The notes under the pieces: generated by a model
What the model was told of the DNA's origin: nothing
Seen by the model: only the letters and a program-made list of their open reading frames with translations
Database searches by the model: none
Part shown: positions 1-11,517 of the stretch, piece after piece
Position numbering within the stretch: position 1 is the stretch's first letter
Layout of the letters: each line of letters opens with the position of its first letter
Program-made: the position numbers and the translations under genes
Origin: Peribolospora baueri
Lineage: Eukaryota
Length of the DNA stretch: 64,000 nucleotides
NCBI GenBank assembly: GCA_029717555.1
Contig: JAMDHS010000025.1
Span: 62,001-126,000 of the forward strand
Reading direction: 5' to 3'

Positions 1-1277
1 AAGGAAGAACGGATGAGCGTGCATAGCTACAGGCGGCGGCTGTGGTTTATGTATGTATGTGCCTTTCGGCCGGGGGGAAAGCTTAAAAGGGTCAAAGAGG
101 TTATAGTCTGCCCGAATCTGAAGATGCGGAGATTTCGAAATGCGAGAATGTGACAACACATTTATTTATGACAGGGGCTGGGAGCGAGGCGAGACGGAGC
201 TGGAGTGGAACGGAAGCGGGAAAGAGATGAAGAGAAGAGAGGTGAGATGGAAACGGTCCTGGGCCAGGCGCTTGGGGTTGCTATGGGAAGTGAAGCTCAC
301 CGCCGGCGGCAGCGCCTTGCAAACCATTCGGCGCACAAAGACCACCGCCACAGAAAGCTGCCAGGGGCCATCACATTGAAGGACTTAGTGTTGGAAGTGG
401 GTGCGAAAGCCGAGATGGTCACATAGCGCATCATCCGGGCATCTCCGCCCAAAAGAATTCTGAACCGTTAACGTGGGGTTTGACCAGCTGGACAGGTTCG
501 TTGGAACGTCGATGGCCCAAATAAGGAGCCAACTTCGGCAAGCAGCGATGAGCGGCAGCAGCTGCACACAGGACGACCGCATTGCGTCGTCCCTCGAAGG
601 ACAGGCCGGCGCCAACCACGACGCGCCCAAAGCTATGAGTAAATGTCATGCACGACGACTGGGAATGAAATGAAGTGGACGGACGGATGTAACCCCGCCT
701 GTAGACCGTGCCCGCGCACGAAAGGACAGACGGAAAGCCGATCAGGATGGCGCAGACTGCCCGGGCGACTGATCATGTCGCGGAACGGTGAGAAGGCGGG
801 AGCGATCAGCCGTGTCGGGTGTCCAAGGTTAACAGCGATGAAAAGGAGAGAAAAAAAGTGTACGGGAAAAGAGGGGAGACACGACTACGGCGATGAAGAG
901 GCTTGGACGCGAGAAATGGACAGATCTTGACGAGGAGATTCGCTACTGCATAATCGCGAACACTGTCGCGCATTGGTCCGTGCACTTGACTATGTTGCAA
1001 CGTACAGTGCCTTGCGGTGAAGGGAATGAGGAACGGTGCTGCCGAGGAAGGTGGATGAATAGCCTGACCACTACCGCAGTCAGCCCACACCTAACAACCC
1101 ATCGAATGGCTGGATTCAACTGCGAGAATTGCGAAATCACTGAATACATTCTAGACTGGATGTCGAGACGAGCCAGTACGCGCGTGAGCCTTTCTGCCGA
1201 ATTGACAAGGGTACGACGTCAAAGCAAAGGACCCAAACTACCCACATGTACATATGCACGCAGGAATCCCTCAATGC

Positions 1278-3290
1278 TCAGCGGTCTGATGTGAGAAGAA
1301 GGAGAACCGGTTAGCACGTAAGGGTAAAGTACGGAACGTAAAGATCACTGATGGAATAAAACTCACAAAATTCGAGACTCTCGTCGCTTCTCTTCACCAC
1401 TTGCTTCCACGCCTCTTCAAAGTCCGCCGGCAGGATAACGTATCTATCGAGGACAAAAAAGACCAAGACGGCCGCATGAGACGGGAACAAGCGATCGCAA
1501 ACTCGTAGCCGTCAGCCGCGAAAGCTCACCTGTTCTTCCGGACCGCTGCAAAGGAGGGGCATTAAGTGACTTGTGGTGAGCAGGAATTCGTTCTGTTACG
1601 AGACAGAAAAACCGAAGTCGCATACCTTGGAGACCAGCCGCTTGACAGATGGACGCAATTTCTGCAGAGGAGAGCTTATCTGGTCTTGACACATCTGTCG
1701 GTGGAGAAAACATTGCGAGGTGAATTACGTATTCGGATGAAGCTGAGCGATGCCGGCGGGAGGAGGGTTCCTCACAGTCTTCGAGATCGACGTCCGGCGC
1801 AAGGTTCATCTTCCCGGTGATGGTCTGGAAGATGAGTCGCTTTTCACGGCGATTCGGGTTCGGGAATTCGATCTTGCGGTCCAATCGACCTGGACGGAGG
1901 AGGGCGGGGTCAAGCGTGTCCGCTCGATTGGTAGCCATGATGACCTGGGTGAACAGGACGGACAGGACGAACAAACGTTAAGTCGAACCGAGGTCTCTAC
2001 AGTCGCATGTCAAGTGGGTAACGAACGCAGAGGTGACAAGACAGACTTACCTTAACATTGGAACCCTGATCGAACCCGTCCATCTGGTTCAACAGCTCAA
2101 GCAAAATCCTCTGCACTTCCCTGTCTGCGCCTGTCTGTGCATCAAACCGCTTTGTGGCGATGGCGTCGATCTCGTCGATGAAGATGATCGATGGCGCGTT
2201 TTCGCGCGCCAGGCGGAAGACGTCGCGAACCATACGAGGGCCTTCACCGAGATACTTTTGCACGAACTCGGAGCCGACGACTCGAATGAAAGAGGCGGTC
2301 GTCGAGTTTGCCACCGCCTTGACAAGCATAGTCTTGCCGGTGCCGGGAGGGCCGTAGAGGAGAACGCCACGGGGAGGGTCAATGCCAATTTGCCTGTAGA
2401 GGTCAAACTGGGTAAGCGGCAGTTCGACGGCTTCACGAATTTCTTGTTTCTTTATGAAGAAAAGGAGACACGCGCGATTAGCCGTGTCGCTAGCGTGAGG
2501 TACCGATCGATCGCTCTTTCCATGCAGACATGCTTACCTGCACATCCAATCCTCCGACGTCGTTGTAGGTGACGTCTGGCTTTTCATCGGCTCCAACTGT
2601 TAAAAGAAAAAAATGAATGTGAGATAAGACGCCTCTGTGGCAATCCACGCGGGGGCGACTACGCACGCATGGAAATACTGGAATCGGCCTCTGGTGGGAG
2701 CACATCGACGAGCGAGTTGGAGTGGCGGTGAAGAGCAACGGAAGAGGAAGGCTTGAGGAGTTCTCGATCGATTGTGGAGAGGATGCGCACGACGTAGTTG
2801 GAGCCGGTGGTCGAACCGACGATGCCGGTATTCTGGTCGATGGGCTCGAGGAACTGGCCGATGACCAAGGGCACAGACTGGATGCGCTTCACCTCCTCCT
2901 GTGCGCGTACCAGCTCGCGTTTGAGATTACGCTGCTCGTCTTTCTGCAATCACCAGGGGGATGTCGAAAGGAGACCGCTGAGCTCCGCTCACGTATGATT
3001 AAGGCTTTGAGAGTCGCCAACTCACCACGTACTCCTCCATCGTGTTCAAGAACTCGAGATGTCGCTGGAGCTTCTTCAAGCGCAAGTACGTGTCCTCCTC
3101 TGCCTGCATCTCCTCTTAAAACACGACAGTAGGGGTGGAGGGCATGAGTGACGGCGACCAAGCCGGTCGGCCGAGCCGCCTTGCCCTATCGTCTTCCTCA
3201 GCATTACTCACGGTGGACGTTGACCTTTTCGGTCATGGCATCCTCGAGGGTTGGCTCATCCTTCTTGACGGAGATGCCTAGCTCGTCCAT
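1278..3290 (-). CDS. RPT3: 26S proteasome regulatory AAA ATPase subunit 6B (multi-exon)
   Basis: Exons give [82 protein letters not shown] and [29 protein letters not shown] at 3290 ([10 protein letters not shown]); last micro-exon ends FYR-TGA at 1278. Confidence 0.96.
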
Positions 3291-3599
3291 ACTGACGGAA
3301 GAGAGGGGGAAAAGAAAGGAGAAAGGCTGGAGGTGGTGGTGGGATGGAACGAAGTCAGCCCTTCTTCATGTTCGAGTGAGTGATCGGAGGGCCGCGTCGT
3401 CCCCGGTGACGGGTAACCCTAACTCGAGCGCGCCGTGGTCGCGGCGACCCCGCTTGGTGAAGCGGCTGGTCGTGGTCGTCAGCTGGCCAGCACCATCATC
3501 ACCATCTCCATCCTCCCAAGTCACGCTACTCGCTCCTCTAAGCTTTCGCCACGAGGCTCCTTAGACCCCTTTCCGGCGCTGTCCGCCCGTCACCTTGCC

Positions 3600-6500
3600 A
3601 TGGCGCGCGGAAAGGCAAAGAAAATCCAGGCGGAGCGCATCGCGGCGAAGATCAAGTCGAACAAAGTCGACACCGGAAAGTATGTTCCCAAGGCGGCCGC
3701 CGACTCGTTGCTGGACGACGAGTACCATGAGACTCCCATATGTGATCAGTGAGCAGGCCCACCTCGTGCATTCTCTACCGCTTTATCTTTTGCGTTTTTC
3801 CTTTCCTCACGCATATTCCTCATTTCTCCCACCTAACAGCGACCACTTTCGAACGTCAGATCTGAAACGTGTCTCCACGCTCCTCTCCGAACTCTTCGTT
3901 TCCTCATTTCAAGCAGCCATCCCCGCCCTGTACCGCGGCCTCTGCCAGAATTTACAAGACTCGATGCTTTCAGAGAAGATCAAGTCGTTTATCGAGTGCG
4001 GCTTCACCCCCAACATCATCCAGCAGATGGCTGGTGACAAGTCCACCCGTGACGGCATCCGAGGGCAGATCGAGTTGGCGTGCAGGGAAGAGCTGGGAGA
4101 CGTCGTGCTGCGATTGAGCACCGAAGACGTTTTCGACGTTTTGTGCGACCTCGTGCGTGTCCGTTTCATTTCCTTTCGCGCTACCTTCTCGCACAATGGC
4201 TGATCGACTTATCATACATTTGGGCACCTGACACGCTCTGTCTTCAGGGCGCACGGCACGATCGCAACATCAAGGTATGGGGGCCACCCTGCGCTTGCTC
4301 TTTCACCCACTGTGCCGGCTGCCTGTCCCGTCTCGTTTCCGGCATGAAATCCAACCCGCCCGCCCCGCTCCCCAAGGTTCAGCCCCCCGACCTCACTGAG
4401 CTGCACGCTTGGGTGGAGAGTCTGGTGTGGAAGGGCTTTTTCGACGAGGCACCGTGGAAGATGGGTTGGAAGACGAGGTTGACGAACGCGTTTGAGACCA
4501 TGGCGGACATTCTTTGTGAGTTTCGGCCACCGGTCGTGCCAGCCATATCTCTTCGTGTCCTTCCCAATTATTCTGACGTCTTTTTTTTTTTTCACTACTT
4601 TCGTTTTATAGGGGCCGAGAGTCTCACCCTTGACCCTCTCGAGCTGATCAAGGACACGTGGGATGCCTTGGTGGCCAAGGACGGTATTGAGCTCTACTAT
4701 GATGTCGTCAAGCGTGAGCTTACAGCCGCAGGATTATCCTCCAAAGGTGCCGGCCTCGACTTGACGTCGTCAAGTCTGGCGAAAAAGGGCGAATCTGAAG
4801 ACGGAGGCCGTGGAAAGGCGGATGGGAAGAAGTCGGAGGGAGGCAAAGCATACGACGATATGCTGGCGCTGAAGGAGAAGGCTGCAGAGTGCCGCAAAGC
4901 TCTCGCGCAAACCATTCGAGAACAGGTGCGTGCAGTATCGGCCTCGCGACTCAGAAGGCCTGAGAGACAGATCCTTCAACGCCTTCTCCTTTGATTACTT
5001 TCCCTTGGTAGGGCAACTCTTCTTTCGTGCAAGGCCAATACGAGGATGCCATCGAATCATACACGCGAGCGGAGGGCTATGATTGGCTGGAGCCCATTTA
5101 TCCGCTCAACCGAGCAGCTTGCTACCTCAAGCTCAAGATGTACACCGAGGCGGAGAGGGACTGCTCTCGGGCGATCGAGTTGGACCCCAACAACCACAAA
5201 GCATATTATCGACGAGGAGCCAGTCGAGCGGGACTATGTAAGATCAACGAGGCTCGACAGGGTGAGTCGTATGACGACCGCTTCCCTTGGGTATATCAAA
5301 GCTGCATATATCTGATCTCTGTACTACTTTTGTCTTTTCTGTATTCCCTTCCAGACTTTGAGATGGTGCTGAAACTTCAGCAGACGAATCAGGCCGCTCG
5401 GGATGAGCTGCAAAAATTGGATAAACGAGCTGAAGCGGGCAAGGGCAAAGTCAATGCAGACACAGCATCTGCTGCACCTGCGGTGCCACTGGCAGATGGA
5501 CTAGGTATTGATGAGCGCCGGTCTGATGTGAGACCAGCTTCTCCCTCGCCGGAGGAACCGCCAGAAAAAGCCAAATCGACCCAGAAAGAGAAAGCGCCCG
5601 TTTCACTGTCCGATGCAACAGAACCACCGGTTTCTAACACGCAAGGCAAGGACACTCAAGGCTCGATCGACAAGGGAAAGGCCCGAGCATCCCCTCCGCC
5701 TTTCCCCTCATCCACATCTAGCCAGGGCTCTGGCTCTACGACCAAAGCATCGAGGACGCCGATAGCTCCCGTTGGTGGAGTCTCATTCCCTCTCGCCGAG
5801 TCATCCCAAGCACTTCAAAGTACGGAGCAATTCCACTCTGAAATGCACGAGACTACGTCCGCTGGCCCGCCGAAACGGAGACGTGGGTCCGCCAGTTCCT
5901 CCCAACGAACTTCCTCTCCTAGCTTTGAAGGCAGTCCTTCGAGCGATTCCCTGGATACGAGGCCGCGTGACGCCATCACGTCATCGTCTAAGCGGTCTGC
6001 ATCTCGTTCCATCGCATCCAGTGACGGCAGCCGCTGTTCCTCCGGCACCGCGAGCGTCAATGCTGCCGGCAACTCGAGCTACTCCGACTCGACCTCGTAC
6101 AGCACCAGCTCCGCGTCTTCCTCACCGACGTCGCGCTTGCGACCGCTCGCAGATGTAGGGTCCACAGCGGTCCCATGTGTAGCCGATGGCGGCGCTCACG
6201 AGATGCATCCTTATGTGAGCGGCGAACCGGTTCTTACCCCGACAGCGGACGAGGTCCTTTATCAATGCCTCTTCGCAGCGGCGTTTAACAGCATTGTTGC
6301 TTCCAAACTGGGCAAGGAGGCAGCGGCCAAGGTCGACTTTCCGTTGTCGCCATTGGTCGTCGATAGGCTGTTCGCCAGTTGCGCTTCTGGCGAATTTGGA
6401 TGTGCTGCGAGCGATAATGTCGCTTTCGACTTCCTCGGTCTCAACGGTGGTAGCGACGGCGCCAAGTCTGCGGTGGCGGCTGTTGTGGGCGGTGGTGATG

Positions 6501-6811
6501 GTAACGGCGGCGGGTGCGGCGACAGTGAAGCTAATGACAGGTTGGCGAGCAAGACGAAGACGCAGGAAGGCGGCCATCAGGTGACGATCGGCTCTTCTTC
6601 TCTCGCCGCGGCCAGCAGTCAGTCCGACGGCGTTTGGGACCCCGACTGCAAGGGCGATGGCGAGGACGAAACAAGGAAGTGGATGGTCGACTACATGGAC
6701 CGATTGTTAACCGTTTGTTCGAATCCCACCTTTCCGTCCCTCTGTCTCATCTTCGAGCAGCGGCCGCCGAGGATACCAAGTCAGCCGACGACCAACAGAT
6801 CGAAGACTTGA
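3600..6811 (+). CDS. TPR-repeat protein (Hsp70/Hsp90 co-chaperone-type TPR) with long Ser/Pro-rich C-terminus; multi-exon
   Basis: GN..FVQGQYEDAIESYTRA..YPLNRAACYLKL..AERDCSRAIELDPNNHKAYYRRG forms three TPRs with carboxylate-clamp-like N/N/K/R residues. GT-AG introns link it to ATG 3600 (MARGKAKK). Confidence 0.75.
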
Positions 6812-7486
6812 CAATCAATTGGTTCCGTCGCCGTCCATAGGATGGGGGCCTGTTTGCGTTTTTCTTCATGGTCCCGTTGGGCGGGATGGACCGAGCGCTT
6901 TCTCTTCTCGTGTAGGCAGCCCAGCCGTTTTTTCGCGCGCTATTCTATCCACCTACGTACGATAGCTAGCTTCTTTCCGCCTAGTCTCTTCTCTGGTCTC
7001 CCGTGAGACGACTGTCATACCTCGTAGCTTGTATTTGTTTGCTATTGTGTCCTGACGAGCCTCATACAGGCCGAACGAACGAATGATCTCCGTCGGCCAG
7101 GGTGTCGATTTCTCCACCGTGTTAAGCCTTTGAAGGGCGAGGGCCATATGAGCAATTACTTTCATGAGGCGAGGCGACCCTTCGATCTTGCATGCATGGC
7201 GTCAGGACCGATCGACTGACTGCGGCTGTCTGAGGAGAGCGGTGCACGGGAGAAAAGTGGATTGTGAGGCCTCGGGATGCCCACTATCCACCTCATACCA
7301 CGTCCATCTCAACCTCGTCTACCTTCTCGCCCCTACTTGCACCTCGTTGCTCCTAACTCTCGTCGTCCGCTCTGCATTGGAAGATCACATTACACTCGCC
7401 AGGTCAAGAAGCGCCTTCTGCTCGACGCATCACCCGCAGCCTCCCCATTTGGAAAGCCCTGAGCGACGACCGACTCCAGCGCAGCC

Positions 7487-9900
7487 ATGCCGCCACCACC
7501 TCTGATTGTCTCCTCCACCTCTCGTTCCCCTTCTCTCCGCCTGTCCACCTGCACCCACCCTGGTTGTGCGGCGGCGCTCCAGTACCACATCCCCGACGCC
7601 GGCACTTACACCCGCGAGGCCGGGTGGGCGGTCAAGTGTGCTTCTTGTGGGCGGACATGGAGGCCCACAGATGAGGAGAGCGCCAAGTCGGTGAGGGAGG
7701 AAAAGAAGAGGGAGACAAGGATAGGCGTATCGTCCAGGAGGAGGATTGGCACGGATGAGAACCCTTTGGATACCACTTAGTGAGTTTCCCTTTCCTTCCT
7801 TTCTTGAATCCTTTGCGGCCGGCCGACGTTCGTTCGGACTGACACTTTAGCTTTGCTACTATTTGTCTGAACTTCTCTTCCCGTCAGCTATGACTTGCTG
7901 GGAGTCAATACGCAAGCATCTCTAGACGAGATAAAAAAGGCCTATCGAAAACTAGCTATTAAGCTCCACCCGGACAAGAACCTGGGCGATCTTGAGGCGG
8001 AGGAGAAGGTGAGTCTGAGTCGGGCACCTGACTCCAGTTCCTATGGCTAGAGCTTCGGCGTGCGTTTGACTGAACGCTTGCTGATGGAACATCATCGTGT
8101 CGCGCTTGACCTTTTCCCAGTTTAAACAAATCGCCATCGCGTACCAGGTTCTCTCGGACCCGGCCTTACGTCACAAGTACAACGAGTTCGGAGCACAGCA
8201 GCCAGGACTGGCGCCTGACGATGGCTTCGTGGATCCGGAGGCAGTGTTTGGCTCCTTGTTTGGCGGGGACCGGTTCCTAGACATCATCGGGGTGATCAGC
8301 ATCGGGAGGGATATGAAAGAAGCGTTGCAACAGGAGAGCGGCGAACTGGAGAAAGAAGTAGACCAGGCTGAGAAGGGTGGCGCGGGTGCGGTGGCGAATA
8401 GCAAGGGCAAGGACGCTGCATTAACGGAGGAGCAGAAGAAGGAGAAGGAGGAGAAGGAGAGGAAGAAAAAGGAAGAAAGGGACAAGGCGAGGGCAGAGAG
8501 GGTGGCGAAGGTGGGTTCTTCTTTTCCTTCTTCGATCCGCCGCGTCGGCGTCGATGTCGAAGCCGCCCGTATCGCCGGTTTACAAACTGACGGCTTTGAC
8601 AATGCTTTGACCACCTCTCGCCGTGCATACTCTCCCAAAAGCTTGCGGAGAATCTGGATCGAAAGCTGTCTATCTTTGTCGAGAGCGTCCCGCACGCTGG
8701 ACCGGGCGCCGAATCCGAGGACTCGGAGATCGCGCGGAGCTTCAGGGAGATCACCCGTATCGAAGCCGAGGAGCTTCGAAATGAATCGGTGAGGACATTT
8801 TTTCCCAACCGGCCCGTAATGTCACGGCGAACTGCACGGACCAACGCCATTCTTAATCCCTGCATTTGATACTCATACCCGTCGCTCTTCATTACAGTAC
8901 GGCGTGGAGCTCCTCAACGCGGTTGGCTTCGTCTACAGCGCAAAGGCGCGCCAATACTTCGCCTCCACGGGTTTCCTCGGTGGCGTCGGTGGCTTCTTCC
9001 ACTCGGCTGCTAGCGGCGTGCACGTCTTCCGGGAGACAGTTTCGACGTTGCGGGCAGGTGCGTATATGTTTCTCCCATCGATCGCAATTGTTTGTCGAAT
9101 CAATCTCATAGCATTCGAGCGCGCAATCCTGAGGCTCGTCTTTAACCGTTTGTTCCCTTTTTACCCTTTGGTCCATACCCCTCTCATTTCGATCTGCTGC
9201 TGCCCTCAGCCTTGGAACTCAAGCAGACGTTCGAAGAGCTCTCCAAAGCTGAGGCACAAGGTATCACGGAGGAGCGTAAGCGTGAGCTCGAGGAGCAGGC
9301 AGCGGAGAAGGGGTTGCGGGCATTGTTCAAGGGCGCCAAGCTCGAGGTCGAAGGTGTCATTCGGTGAGCGTCCCTCGGTAGGGCTCTGACGAGCGCATTC
9401 AAGCGCTGTCGTCTCATCATTTGTTATCATTCCTCCTCTATAGCGACGTCTGCGACCGCATTCTATTTGACCCGTCGATCCACAAGGACGTCGCTCGATT
9501 GCGCGCCATTGCCCTCGGCATCGTCGGTTCGGTCTACACGAGCGTGACCAAGGATGGCGTGCCTGCGACGCCTGGCTTGTCTCTCGACCCAAGTCCGAGC
9601 CAGAACCAGTCCGGCCCTTCCCCCGGAGCAGCAGCATCCGCTGGTCCCCACGGCAGCGCGGAGGACAAGAGTGAGGGAGAATATGTGCGCGTCGATACAA
9701 AGGACAGCAAGGCGAGGGATCAACAGAAAGCGGAGGCGAGGGAGCGGTTGGAGATGGAGCGCAACGAGAGAACCGGCGTGAGCGTGGAAAACGGAGGACC
9801 GGAGGGCAACACTGATTCGCCGTTCCCACCTCCGCCCCCGCCTTACCGGCCCTACCGCTCCAAGAGGAATAGCGCAGCGAAGAGCCCACCATTGGCCTGA
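7487..9900 (+). CDS. DnaJ-domain protein with DnaJ-X domain (Djp1/Caj1-like)
   Basis: [24 protein letters not shown] (J-domain HPD), [47 protein letters not shown] and [17 protein letters not shown]-domain motifs. Confidence 0.9.
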
Positions 9901-10255
9901 TCGGAGGGCGGCGCGCATATGTATACGGTCCGTCGTTCGTCTTTCGCTGTCTCGTTGGACCCGCTAGCTTCTCGCCGGAGTTCTTGGGTGTTTTCTTCCT
10001 TCGTGCCGCCGTGCCCTCTGCGGTCGCTGGGTCCTCCGTCTGTTCACGTTCGCCGGACCATCAACTATTCGGATACCACCAATGTCTTTTGCTACCGTAT
10101 ATCATGCAAAGTAGCTACAAAGAACGTCAGGATGGAGAAGGAAGACTGTGGATGACATGGGTATGAGACGAATGGAGTGCGCGAGCGTCAGCGTCTGCCA
10201 TGGAAAGCTTTTCAGATGCAGTCTTCGACCGCCTGGCGCTCCCGACGGCACGTCC

Positions 10256-10470
10256 GGACCCGACCCGACCCGATCCCACGCTCTTGAAGAGCCGATCAGC
10301 AACCGATGCATTTCGCCAAGGGGCGACGCCCACCGCTCCAACATTTGTACACCGTGGAGGGCTCGCGGTCAGACCGCAGGGTGCCGCACCGAAGTTCTGT
10401 CCGCCCATCGGAAAGGTCGTCATCTTCTCAGCTCCCCTTGGAAAGGGGGATCGGGTCGGGTGGTCGGGCC
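10256..10470. repeat. ~215-bp segment bounded by imperfect inverted repeats built of CCCGA pentamers (MITE-like element or structured RNA)
   Basis: GGACCCGACCCGACCCGATCCC at 10256-10277 versus GGGATCGGGTCGGGTGGTCGGGCC at 10447-10470, plus an inner CCAAGGGG/CCCCTTGG pair. Confidence 0.45.
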
Positions 10471-11517
10471 CCCTTCTTTATATACCGTCGGAAGGAAGAG
10501 TACGAAGGACAAGGACAAAGACGAGGGGCGATAGGCATGTGACAGCTCACCGGGACGTGGATCTAGTCGGCGATGATGGCCCGAGCTTGAGCTTCTTCAA
10601 AGACGACCGAGAGGCAAATGGAACAATAAGTTAGCAATAGATCGGTCGCAGCGACGGCGAACCAAAAGGCCGCGCGAATGTGGAAGAATGAAAGAAAAAG
10701 TAAAGGCGGGAAGCTCAGACAAGGCTGAAACTATATTATAAAGACAAATTTCCACATGCGGATGATTCGGTGGATAATTTTTGATCTTTTGTCGATCATC
10801 GTCGCCCCCGCGGGAGGTTGAGAAGGTGGTATGGTAGAGTATGAGAAAGAGAGAAAAAGTAGGGAACTCGGCTCACCTTGGGACGGGTTGGTGTTCAGGA
10901 AGAAGAAAATGCGGGCAAGGCCGACCGAGGTGAAGAAGAAAATGAGGGAGGAGACAAGCGGACGTAAGCGGTCAGTCTGATCGAAGCGTTCATCCACTGT
11001 AAGGGCGGGCCTACACCTAGCTGGGTGGGCAGAAAGCAGAGGATCTGCTCGCTTCGATTGCGACCAGGTCTGTCTAGGCTGACGACCTTTGACGGGCCTC
11101 CGTCTCGGCCTTGCAAGGAGGTCGGAGGCCATGGAAAGTTTATCCATACATTAATATTCCAGAGGAGGTGTTCGAACGTCGAGATGCGGCAGGTCGCCGT
11201 ACTCCTCGCGGCTAGGGTCCGACTCAGGACCATGAGACCGCGGTCGGCAATGAAGTATCTAGACAAAGCTAGGTGCCAAAGGCTCACATGGGTTGGACGA
11301 CATGATAGAAAGAGGAACAAAAGATGCCCGGAGCGAGAATAAGTGCAACGGCACACTGGTTGGCTTAACGGTCTCGCCGTTCGCCGCGACTCCGCAGTAA
11401 GTGCGCCGTCGATCACCTTCGCTTGCGTCGCCCGCCAACCGTCATCATCGTTCCCACTTGATCACCACGTCCTCGCCTTTGCGCTCCAAGGCCCGAGACC
11501 ATCTCGAGCAAGCGAAG

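Noticed and set aside
1..1270. Short ORFs at the left edge
   Set aside because: No recognisable motif or consistent exon chain; likely UTR or intergenic sequence.
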